57,066 nucleotides of DNA, taken from contig DAOQAX010000001.1 of assembly GCA_035354395.1 (NCBI GenBank), positions 1 to 57,066 on the forward strand, read 5' to 3'. Numbering within the stretch: position 1 is the stretch's first letter; each line of letters starts with the position of its first letter. Position numbers and translations under genes: made by a program. Source of the DNA: Bacteroidales bacterium. GTDB lineage: Bacteria > Bacteroidota > Bacteroidia > Bacteroidales > VadinHA17. This document shows, one piece after another, positions 1 through 8,163 of this stretch. Under the pieces are notes generated by a model. That model did no database searches. It had not been told where the DNA came from and saw only the letters and a program-made list of their open reading frames with translations.

Positions 1-101
1 CAATTAAATCCCGTCAGTCAGCAGAATAATTATTACCTTAATGCCGTTGTTTGATCACAGATCGAAACAATCAAGACTGCATCAGGCCTTAATAATTTCG
101 A

Positions 102-1553
102 ATGGACATTTTCAAAACCCTAAATCGTCTGCATGTAATTCCATTTATAAAAAAGTGGAATATACTTGGGCTTATTCTTGGGTTAATCGACATTTTCTCA
201 ATCACTCTTGCATATCAGGTAGCCTACTATCTTAATTATTATCAGGGTGGGATGTTTTTCTTTACAAAGTCAAACTTTCTCATTCTCTATATGGCGCTAA
301 TGCCATTCTGGCTTATTGTTCTTTACCTTATAAAGATCTCGGAGATTCCAAGGACAAAACGCTACAGGGATCTTTTCTGGGAGTACCTTGAGTCTGCATC
401 GATTACTTTCATCCTTTTACTGATAATATACTTCATATTTAAGCTTTATTATATCTCCCGTCTCTTCTTAATTGAGCTCACCATTTTTGGCTTCCTATTC
501 CTTTATCTTTCAAGGATCCTTGAGTATAAGATGTTTAAAGGGTATAGGGCAAAGGGGCACAACCTTATCAACGTCGTACTCATTGCCGATGACACTTCGT
601 TAGTATTCATAGAGAAGCTCATCAACAGTAAAGACTGGGGGTTTAAAATCATAGCTATATTCACTGAATCCACTGTCATTAAAGACAAATATGAAAAAGA
701 CATCATTATTCTGCCTGAAGATCAGATCCTGATTCTTAACGATCTTATGGAGGTGAATATAATTGATGAAGTCTTTTATGTAAAGGGGAAAATTATTGCT
801 TCAGAGATAAGGGATGTTGTAAGGTCATGTGAAGAGCTCGGTGTGGTTTTCAGGGTTAAATACAAGGACAGGAAGTTAAACCTCACCAATGCGATAAAGA
901 CTGTCATTGCTGACGAGAAGTTCCTTACTTTCATCAACATTCCTCACAATGTCTATGCTATAGGTATTAAGAGAATCATGGATGTTTGCCTCTCCCTGTT
1001 TTTAATTATTACACTCTCTCCGGCACTTATTGTAATTTCACTTGCAATAAAGTTCACATCGCCCGGGCCACTTATTTACAAACAGACCAGGGTTGGTCTG
1101 CGTGGCCGTCCTTTTGAGCTGCTTAAATTCCGGACTATGGTAATCAATGCTGACCAGCTTCTGGAAAGCCTTAAAGAGGCGAATGAGGCGGATGGCCCGG
1201 CGTTTAAAATTAAAGATGACCCAAGGATAACCAAAATCGGGAAGATACTTCGTAAGACCGGTCTTGATGAGATGCCTCAGCTTTTCAATATTCTCAGAGG
1301 AGAGATGTCGTTGATTGGTCCCCGGCCGCCGCTGCCTGATGAGACCAGACAATATAAGAGGTGGCAGTTGAGAAGACTTTCAATAAAACCAGGGCTCTCA
1401 TGCTTCTGGCAGATTGAACCCGACCGGAATGCCATTAAATTTGACAAATGGATGGAGATGGATCTGGCATATATTGACAACTGGTCTCTGCGTCTTGATT
1501 TTATAATATTTTTTAAAACTATGCTAACAGTATTTAAAAGAACAGGATTATAA
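102..1553 (+). CDS. Polyprenyl-phosphate sugar-1-phosphate transferase (WbaP/EpsB-type bacterial sugar transferase, EPS initiating enzyme)
   Basis: 483-aa ORF with several N-terminal hydrophobic helices. The C-terminal domain has Bac_transf hallmarks SPGPLIYKQTRVGLRGRPFELLKFRTM and DEMPQLFNILRGEMSLIGPRPP. Confidence 0.88.
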   Translation: MDIFKTLNRLHVIPFIKKWNILGLILGLIDIFSITLAYQVAYYLNYYQGGMFFFTKSNFLILYMALMPFWLIVLYLIKISEIPRTKRYRDLFWEYLESASITFILLLIIYFIFKLYYISRLFLIELTIFGFLFLYLSRILEYKMFKGYRAKGHNLINVVLIADDTSLVFIEKLINSKDWGFKIIAIFTESTVIKDKYEKDIIILPEDQILILNDLMEVNIIDEVFYVKGKIIASEIRDVVRSCEELGVVFRVKYKDRKLNLTNAIKTVIADEKFLTFINIPHNVYAIGIKRIMDVCLSLFLIITLSPALIVISLAIKFTSPGPLIYKQTRVGLRGRPFELLKFRTMVINADQLLESLKEANEADGPAFKIKDDPRITKIGKILRKTGLDEMPQLFNILRGEMSLIGPRPPLPDETRQYKRWQLRRLSIKPGLSCFWQIEPDRNAIKFDKWMEMDLAYIDNWSLRLDFIIFFKTMLTVFKRTGL

Positions 1554-1576
1554 TCTCATACTATTTAATTGAAATA

Positions 1577-1730
1577 AATTGTCACAATTTTCTGGTATCA
1601 GGCTGATATTTGATGTCCGATTTTAAATCAATCTTTTATTTTTGACAAATGACAATTTTTGTTTGACAAGAGCGACCCCTTTTTTGATAAAAAAAACTCT
1701 GATTTCTGATAAATAAACTATTTTTGATAT
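1577..1730 (+). promoter_or_regulatory. Operator-like palindrome, phased TTTTTGAYAA repeats and two TAnnTTTG boxes upstream of the small sorting-signal ORF
   Basis: Palindrome AATTGTCACAATT at 1577-1589. TTTTTGACAA at 1639-1648 (plus TGACAATT at 1650-1657), TTTGACAA at 1662-1669, TTTTTGATAA at 1681-1690, TTTCTGATAA at 1703-1712, TTTTTGATAT at 1721-1730. The G of TGA falls at 1644, 1665, 1686, 1708 and 1726, giving spacings of 21, 21, 22 and 18 bp. TAnnTTTG matches at 1637-1644 and 1719-1726. Confidence 0.3.
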
Positions 1731-1765
1731 AGTATTTTATGAGTTATAAATTAAGTACAAAATAT

Positions 1766-1969
1766 ATGAAAAAGGTCGCTCTTCTGGCATTGATGTTAAT
1801 GATAGCTGCCCCGGCTTCTCTAAAAGCCATCACTCCTGGTGACGACGCTTCTCATTACCGTAATCCTCACGTATCTGTTGGAGCTCCTCTTGATGGACTG
1901 CTGCTGCTTGGGCTTGGTGCTGCAGGATTAGCGTATTACGCTGGAAAGAAGAAAAATGCTGTTAAATAA
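1766..1969 (+). CDS. Small secreted protein with PEP-CTERM-like C-terminal sorting signal (putative exosortase substrate)
   Basis: The ORF track gives 1739..1969. The internal ATG at 1766 yields a classic signal peptide, MKKVALLALMLMIAAPASLKA. The C-terminus VGAPLDG + LLLLGLGAAGLAYYAG + KKKN has PEP-CTERM architecture: short motif, Gly/Leu-rich helix, basic cluster. The convergent neighbour is an exosortase-family protein. Confidence 0.55.
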   Translation: MKKVALLALMLMIAAPASLKAITPGDDASHYRNPHVSVGAPLDGLLLLGLGAAGLAYYAGKKKNAVK

Positions 1970-2060
1970 TCACTCTTACAGGGTGTATAAACTTAATAAT
2001 TCCCGGCGCAGGCAAGATCCAAATCCGATATCTTAACAGCTTATTGAGAATAATAAAACA

Positions 2061-2084
2061 GGCTCCTTTTTCCGGAGCTTTTTT
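2061..2084. terminator. Probable bidirectional intrinsic terminator between convergent genes
   Basis: Stem GGCTCC (2061-2066) pairs with GGAGCT (2074-2079, one G-U) around a 7-nt loop. A T-run follows at 2079-2084 and an A-rich stretch precedes it, so it also reads as hairpin plus T-rich on the minus strand. Confidence 0.5.
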
Positions 2085-2167
2085 GTTTCATAATGTTACC
2101 AACGTATTAAGATTTCTCAGGGCTTTCTCCCTTAAGGAGTGTAAATATGGCAGTAAAATTGATGCTG

Positions 2168-3211
2168 TCAGGCTCCGGAAGTATCGGCAAACTTTTCGAA
2201 CCAGATTACCCATAAAATGAATACAAATGAATAGGTGATAAGGTTATACATGTCATGCAGCTCCATGGCCATCGTATAATCTCCATGCTTATACAGGTGT
2301 ATGAACAGAAAGACAAATCTGAAAATATTTACAACATTTAGAAAAATCACTCCACCAATCACATATACCCAGCGATATTTATTTTTATGACCTGTAATTA
2401 AAACCAGCACTGCAAACAATAACATGGTCTGAAACCCCAGGCATCCCTTAATCATGGTAATGGAACATTGCGAGCCCTCCAGTACAAATGGCTTAACCAC
2501 TGCTTCATAACCCATTAATGCAAGAATTCTTCTGGCCGAGTTAAACAAAAAATTAATCCAGGGGAGATAATCAAAAAATACGAACAGAAAATTGGTTAAG
2601 ATTATAAGAAAACATATTGTGAAGTATACAGCATAGCCATTGTCAAAGAGAGATGTATTTATCTTAAGCCTCTCCAGGGTTCTGAAAACGGCATCTTTGT
2701 TTTTTGAAAAGAAGGAGAACATTATGGTAATCAAGATCAATAAACCTATGGTTACCGGAATTGAAAGGTAAGAGAAGTCAGGAGTCTCACTGCCTGAAAT
2801 ATATGCTCCGCAAGCCGTATAAACGACAATAATAAAGAAATGAACCACAAGGAGCACTGCAGCATAGAGAACTCTTTTTATAAAAGAGGTTCTGGTTATA
2901 AATATCAGGAACAAGAAAAGAAGCATCCATTTTTTTAGCCTAATCTCAATTTTGAATCCTTCCAACAGCACTGAATTATTCAAGACATGATGATTCTGTA
3001 CAATGATATCAGATCCAAAAAAATGCAAAATTTTGCTGGCTAAGCCTTCTGCCACAAGCAGGTATTTATCATTCAGTGATGAAAAAAACGGGACAATTGC
3101 ATCAGTATTAAATAAAAAGAGTCTGAACAATATGTATAGTAGTATAAGACCTGAAAAACACAGCCATATGAATTTGTACTTCCCGATAAAAATTTTGTTA
3201 AGAAATCTCAT
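2168..3211 (-). CDS. Exosortase/archaeosortase-family polytopic membrane protein (EpsH-like); subfamily not assignable by eye
   Basis: 347 aa with about 8-9 hydrophobic helices. The C-terminal half has the family signature residues in canonical order: Cys region LEGSQCSITMIKGCLGF (C249/C257), FLNVVNIFRF (N295..R298) and MELHD (H319). Confidence 0.6.
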   Translation of the reverse strand: MRFLNKIFIGKYKFIWLCFSGLILLYILFRLFLFNTDAIVPFFSSLNDKYLLVAEGLASKILHFFGSDIIVQNHHVLNNSVLLEGFKIEIRLKKWMLLFLFLIFITRTSFIKRVLYAAVLLVVHFFIIVVYTACGAYISGSETPDFSYLSIPVTIGLLILITIMFSFFSKNKDAVFRTLERLKINTSLFDNGYAVYFTICFLIILTNFLFVFFDYLPWINFLFNSARRILALMGYEAVVKPFVLEGSQCSITMIKGCLGFQTMLLFAVLVLITGHKNKYRWVYVIGGVIFLNVVNIFRFVFLFIHLYKHGDYTMAMELHDMYNLITYSFVFILWVIWFEKFADTSGA

Positions 3212-3655
3212 ATAACAAATAAAATAAATCAGTGTCTGTGTGCTGTTAACGTATCACTTTATCACAGGAGATGATATGACAGAAATCCTAGTAAAATTAC
3301 CTATATATCATGTCCCATAAACTATCAAATATAAAGTTTTAAAAGTATAAATATCATTGACATATTAAACATTTATAAGAATCATTGTGTTAAAAGGTAT
3401 AACCAAAGATCACAAGCCGGATACCGGCCAATATGTAAATATAAATGTGAAAATTTTACTGACACATGATTTGAGAAATCTAAATAATCATCACCAGGAA
3501 TCAATATTAATACAGGCACACCATTAATTACAATAATTCAAATAATCTAAACTGACAGACAGGACATTAAATAAAGGATTGCAGATGTAGAAATATTGTT
3601 TTTTTCTTTACCTTTATGTAGACAAATTATATCATCATTTATACAGAATCTAAAT

Positions 3656-4420
3656 ATGGAAAAAAAAGGATGGTCAACCCTGAATGTAATAATCATTGCC
3701 AGTCTTCTGCTGATGGTATCTTCCTGTGTACCCTATTCCAAGCTTAAATATTTTAATGATATTGATAAGTTAGATGAACCTGTTGTAAATCCTGTTAAAC
3801 AGAAAAAGATCTCTGTATATGACAGACTTTATATCAGGGTATTAAGTACCGATCAACAGACTGCGGATCTGTTAAACGCATCTGCAAATAATATGACCAC
3901 TACTTTGCCAGGTTATGTTGTTGATGAATCTGGCTGTATTATTTTTCCTTTTGTGGGAGACATTAAAGTTGGTGGTCTGACACTTTCTGAGGCAAGAGAA
4001 GCAATAAAGAAGTCGATAAGCAGTATAATTACCAACCCTGAAGTAATGGTGTCTTATGAAAACAACACCATAACCGTACTGGGCGAAGTAAATAATCAAG
4101 GCTCCTATCCTTTCACCCAGGACTATATCACCATATATCAGTCTTTGGCTATGGCTGGAGGATTCACGCAATATTCCAACAGGAAAAATGTAGTTCTTAT
4201 AAGGAAAGAATCCAATAAGCTTGTCTACTACAAGTTAAATCTTTCCAATTCAAAAATTACTTCAAGTCCGCTTTATTATATTATGCCTGACGATATTATT
4301 ATTGTTGAGCCACTGCGTCAAAAGTCATGGTCGGTTCAGACAACTATCGTTCCCACAATTACATCTGTCATTTCGCTTGTCGTTAGCGTTGTTACCATTT
4401 CAACATTAGCAAATAGATAA
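3656..4420 (+). CDS. wza: Polysaccharide export outer-membrane lipoprotein (Wza-like, Poly_export + SLBB)
   Basis: ATG 3656 gives a lipoprotein-like signal, MEKKGWSTLNVIIIASLLLMVSSC; the track ORF starts at an upstream TTG at 3596. Motifs PGYVVDESGCIIFPFVGDIKVGGLTLSEAREAIKK and ITVLGEVNNQGSYPF...SLAMAGGF, plus a C-terminal hydrophobic helix. Confidence 0.8.
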   Translation: MEKKGWSTLNVIIIASLLLMVSSCVPYSKLKYFNDIDKLDEPVVNPVKQKKISVYDRLYIRVLSTDQQTADLLNASANNMTTTLPGYVVDESGCIIFPFVGDIKVGGLTLSEAREAIKKSISSIITNPEVMVSYENNTITVLGEVNNQGSYPFTQDYITIYQSLAMAGGFTQYSNRKNVVLIRKESNKLVYYKLNLSNSKITSSPLYYIMPDDIIIVEPLRQKSWSVQTTIVPTITSVISLVVSVVTISTLANR

Positions 4421-4427
4421 TTTTACC

Positions 4428-6818
4428 ATGGAAAATAACAATAAAATAGTTGAGCCAACAATTTTCACAAACAATAAGTTATTCATTAAAGAACTATTAT
4501 CATTTAAGTACTTCTATATAATACTTACGTTCTTGTTGCTTGTTGCTGCTTATATTTTTAATAAGAATTCAGCCGCTGAATACCAGGTTTACGCATCAAT
4601 GATGGCAACAAAAAATGAAGCGTCATCAGTTCTTCAGGGATCCAATCAATTATTCAGAGGGATGGACTCTTTTGAAACATTCAGCAGTATAGAAGATGGT
4701 ATAAATAAGCTACGCTCATTTTCCATGATCTCTGCAACCTTGGATGAATTGAATTTTGAAATTGGATACTTCAGCGAGAGGAAAAGTATTTTCAAGACGA
4801 AAAGCGAACTGTACCACAACACACCATTTTATGTAGTTATTCAGAAGTCTCACCTTCAGGCAATAGAAACAAAATTTTACATTACAATTTTAGGTGATTC
4901 AACATTCAGAATCAGTGCAGATAAATCGGACGCCAGCCTGTATGATTTCATCGACAGCAAGATAGCATTCAATAAATATCCTGTTAAGCTCGACAAGATT
5001 TATAAATTCAATGAACCAATAACCCTCAATTTTATCAGTCTTACAGTCTATAAAAACAAAGATTTTGTAGACAATGGGACATCCCGTAATTACAACTACT
5101 ATTTTTTAATGCATAATCCTGACCTTCTGGTAAAATATTACCTGAAGAATTTTGCAGTTACCAGGGCCAATCCGGGTTCCTCTATTATTAACATCTCTTT
5201 TACAGGAAAGAATCTGGAGAAATCAATTTTCTTTGTTGACAGCTATTTGAATTACTATATTGATGAAAGCCTGAAGCAGAAGAATGCTATTGCCAGAAAT
5301 ACTATAGATTTCATTGATAGTCAAATATCCGGGATATCTGACTCTTTGTCACGATCCGAGTCAAAAATTACAAATTTCCGATCTGCAAATCAGGTGATGA
5401 ATCTTAGTTACCAGGCGACCACAGCATATAACAGTCTGCAGGGGCTGGACCAGCAACGGAATGATTTACAGGCGCAGGAAAGGTATTATGCCTACATACT
5501 TGAATACCTCAAAACAACGCATGACATTGCCGGTATTACTCCTCCTTCAGCAATGAGAGTTGATAATCCAGTTATGACTCAGCTTATTACCCAGCTCATG
5601 GACCTTAACTCTCAAAGATCAAACATCATAAGTCTTCGCGGAGAGAAAAATCCTTTTCTTGCTGAAATAGAAAACAAGATCCAGTCTCAAAGGCAATACA
5701 TTACTGAAATTGCATCAAGCAATTTAAATACAGTTAAACAGGCATTAAGTGATCTTGATTACAAATCAACAAAACTGTCTAAAGAAATATCATCTATGCC
5801 CAGACAGGAACTAAGTATGGGTAATATTCAAAGAAAATATAATATTGATGAAGCAATTTATACTTTCTTCCTTCAGAAGAGGTCAGAAGCCACAGTCACC
5901 ATGGCATCCAACCTCCCTGATTTTACCATTTTCGAACCGGCAAGAAATGCAACTTCTTATCAGACAGCTCCTCATGTAAAGCGCAATTACTTAATAGCTC
6001 TTATTCTGGGATTAATTATACCCACAGGAATAATGATTATGAAGAATCTCCTTAACTTTAAAATAAGTAATCCTGAATTTATATATGGTCTTATAGGCCG
6101 TCAACCTATTGCATTCATATATGCAAATCCTGACAAGACTCCAAACGTAATTATTGATAATCCTTCCTCTATCTGTGCAGAATCAATCCGTGGATTGCGA
6201 AGTGTCCTTTTCAGAAAGGTTGCAGACATAAAAACCCCAAAAGTAATTCTTGTAACATCGGCTCAGCCCCAGGATGGCAAGAGCTTTATCTCGCTTAACC
6301 TGGCGACATCTATTGCCCTAGTTGGAAAGAAGACCCTTATTATAGATGCTGATATTAAGCGTCCTGTTCTTCACGACAGATTCAATCTTAAAAACGGCGC
6401 CGGAGTTTCAAATTATATTACCGGAGGTGCTACTATTGAAGAGATAACAAGAGAAACAGGCGTTGAAAACCTCTCTTTCATACCTGCAGGACCAGCCATG
6501 CCAAACGCAACTGAGATTATTGAGGCGGGAGGAATGGATCCGCTTATTGAATCCGCAAAAGAAAAATATGAATATATAATCCTGGATACCAGTCCTATAG
6601 GCCTTATGACCGATGCCCTGGTAATGACACGTTATTCCGATTATATGTTGCTTGTTGTAAGAAATAACACAACACTGAAAGATTTATTCACAAATGTCAT
6701 CAATAACCTGAAGAACAACAATATCTCCAATTTTGATACAGTACTGAATAATAAAGACATTAAAGAGAACTCTTATGGGTACTACTCAAAATATTATACA
6801 AAGGATAAAAAAGCATAA
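4428..6818 (+). CDS. wzc: Chain-length determinant / BY-type tyrosine autokinase (Wzc-like)
   Basis: 796 aa. N-terminal TM helix, long coiled periplasmic region, second TM (YLIALILGLIIPTGIMIM). C-terminal P-loop domain with Walker A SAQPQDGKSFISLNLA, A-prime LIIDADIKRP and B YIILDTSP. Tyr-rich tail SYGYYSKYYTKD. Confidence 0.85.
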   Translation: MENNNKIVEPTIFTNNKLFIKELLSFKYFYIILTFLLLVAAYIFNKNSAAEYQVYASMMATKNEASSVLQGSNQLFRGMDSFETFSSIEDGINKLRSFSMISATLDELNFEIGYFSERKSIFKTKSELYHNTPFYVVIQKSHLQAIETKFYITILGDSTFRISADKSDASLYDFIDSKIAFNKYPVKLDKIYKFNEPITLNFISLTVYKNKDFVDNGTSRNYNYYFLMHNPDLLVKYYLKNFAVTRANPGSSIINISFTGKNLEKSIFFVDSYLNYYIDESLKQKNAIARNTIDFIDSQISGISDSLSRSESKITNFRSANQVMNLSYQATTAYNSLQGLDQQRNDLQAQERYYAYILEYLKTTHDIAGITPPSAMRVDNPVMTQLITQLMDLNSQRSNIISLRGEKNPFLAEIENKIQSQRQYITEIASSNLNTVKQALSDLDYKSTKLSKEISSMPRQELSMGNIQRKYNIDEAIYTFFLQKRSEATVTMASNLPDFTIFEPARNATSYQTAPHVKRNYLIALILGLIIPTGIMIMKNLLNFKISNPEFIYGLIGRQPIAFIYANPDKTPNVIIDNPSSICAESIRGLRSVLFRKVADIKTPKVILVTSAQPQDGKSFISLNLATSIALVGKKTLIIDADIKRPVLHDRFNLKNGAGVSNYITGGATIEEITRETGVENLSFIPAGPAMPNATEIIEAGGMDPLIESAKEKYEYIILDTSPIGLMTDALVMTRYSDYMLLVVRNNTTLKDLFTNVINNLKNNNISNFDTVLNNKDIKENSYGYYSKYYTKDKKA

Positions 6819-6902
6819 TCTTTCCGGTAGCACTATTCAATTATAAATTCGAAACATTGAATATCATAAGGAGGCCTTTTTAGTGGTTCTCCATAAACTA
6901 TA

Positions 6903-6950
6903 AAATAAAAAGCGACTGTCTCATAAAAGAAACAGTCGCTTTTTATTTTA
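6903..6950. terminator. Bidirectional intrinsic terminator closing the plus-strand wza-wzc unit and the long minus-strand array
   Basis: Perfect 9-bp stem AGCGACTGT (6911-6919) / ACAGTCGCT (6932-6940) with a 12-nt loop. It is flanked by TAAAATAAAA upstream and TTTTATTTTA downstream. Confidence 0.65.
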
Positions 6951-6969
6951 TAGCTGTGGATTCCCCGTC

Positions 6970-8106
6970 CTAAAAATTCTGCCAGACCACTCTCCTGATA
7001 TAATCAGTATAAGAGATGATTATCCTTACCACTTTGTCACTCACATTTGGCATTGAGTAATCACTGACTATCCTGAAGTTCCTGTCCTCACCGCAATTCT
7101 GCAACTCCAGTTGTGCAAGTCCCTGCATTACCCGCTCAGGGTTCAGTCCAACCATCATGACACTTGCCTCTTCCATTGCTTCAGGTCTTTCATGAGCCTC
7201 TCTGATATTAAGTGCCCTGAAGTTCAATATCGAAGATTCTTCAGATATTGTTCCACTGTCACTCAGAACGGCTTTTGAATTTATCTGTAGGGCAAGGTAG
7301 TCGCTAAGCCCCATGGGTTTCAGGAGCCGTACATTCTGATTGAACTGAATGCCTCTTGCTTCAATCATTTTTCGTGTTCGTGGATGAGTACTGACGATAA
7401 CAGGCAAATTGTAAACATCAGTCAGATCATTCAGTATCCTTACAAGGCTGAAGAAATTCTTCTCACTGGCTATATTCTCTTCCCGATGAGCTGATATAAC
7501 AAAGTATTTCCCCTTACTAAGATTGAGTTTTTCAAGAATAGTCGATTTCCTGACCTTGGGCATATAATTGTTCAGGACTTCATACATCGGACTTCCTGTC
7601 TTAATTATCCTGTCAGCACTCAGCCCCTCAGCCAGAAGATATTCGCGTGCTATATCGCTGTATGTAAGGTTAATATCAGAGATATGATCAACAATTTTTC
7701 TGTTTGACTCCTCAGGCACCCGCTGGTCAAAGCACCTGTTGCCCGCTTCCATATGAAAAATCGGGATATGTCTTTTCTTTGCCGCAATGGCACACAGGCA
7801 TGAATTTGTATCTCCGAGCACTAAAAATGCATCGGGTTTTGTCTCATCAAGAACCGCATCAATATTTATTAATATCTGGCCTGCTGTGGAAGTCGCATTT
7901 TGACCGGCAGCATTAAGAAAATAATCAGGCTTTCTAAGATTCAGATCCTCAAAAAACACCTCGTTCAGCTCATAATCATAATTTTGACCTGTATGTACCA
8001 GCACATGATCAATTGCAGGACTTGAATCTAATTTCTGGAGGACACAGGAGAGCCTTATTATCTCTGGCCTGGTGCCTACCACTGTCATAACTTTCAGTTT
8101 ATTCAT
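6970..8106 (-). CDS. fnlC: UDP-N-acetylglucosamine 2-epimerase of the FnlC/CapG type (last step of the UDP-L-FucNAc pathway)
   Basis: MNKLKVMTVVGTRPEIIRLS...HVLVHTGQNYDYELNEVFFEDLNLRKPDYFL closely resembles S. aureus CapG as I recall it. It is adjacent to CapF- and CapE-like genes. The ATG at 8106 is preferred over the track start at 8127. Confidence 0.85.
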   Translation of the reverse strand: MNKLKVMTVVGTRPEIIRLSCVLQKLDSSPAIDHVLVHTGQNYDYELNEVFFEDLNLRKPDYFLNAAGQNATSTAGQILINIDAVLDETKPDAFLVLGDTNSCLCAIAAKKRHIPIFHMEAGNRCFDQRVPEESNRKIVDHISDINLTYSDIAREYLLAEGLSADRIIKTGSPMYEVLNNYMPKVRKSTILEKLNLSKGKYFVISAHREENIASEKNFFSLVRILNDLTDVYNLPVIVSTHPRTRKMIEARGIQFNQNVRLLKPMGLSDYLALQINSKAVLSDSGTISEESSILNFRALNIREAHERPEAMEEASVMMVGLNPERVMQGLAQLELQNCGEDRNFRIVSDYSMPNVSDKVVRIIISYTDYIRRVVWQNF

Positions 8107-8163
8107 TTTAACTTTTATAAAACACAATAAGGGAAAAATTACATTATGGGTGAACAGACTATC

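Noticed and set aside
41-235. 64-aa ORF at the window start and 94-aa ORF at 16018-16302
   Set aside because: The first overlaps the start of the well-supported sugar transferase gene in another frame. The second runs antisense across the 3-prime end of the beta-helix gene. Neither has recognisable features.
2168-3211. Possible internal duplication in the exosortase-like protein, with the N-terminal half (LASKILHFFGSD...IEIRLKKWMLLFLF) resembling a Cys-less copy of the catalytic half (SARRILALMGYE...IKGCLGFQTMLLF)
   Set aside because: The similarity is weak and could simply reflect membrane-helix composition. Ordinary exosortases also have several N-terminal helices. It needs HHrepid or a profile self-alignment before it can be claimed.
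3212-3655. Possible invertible (phase-variable) promoter in the 444-bp AT-rich divergent spacer between the exosortase gene and wza, as in Bacteroides capsule loci
   Set aside because: The only inverted repeat I could find is a 7-nt match, TGTCTGT (about 3233) / ACAGACA (about 3559). That is far shorter than known 19-30-bp invertase sites, and no recombinase or UpxY/UpxZ gene is nearby. A small GC hairpin, GCCGG-ATA-CCGGC (3416-3428), is noted, but its function is unknown.
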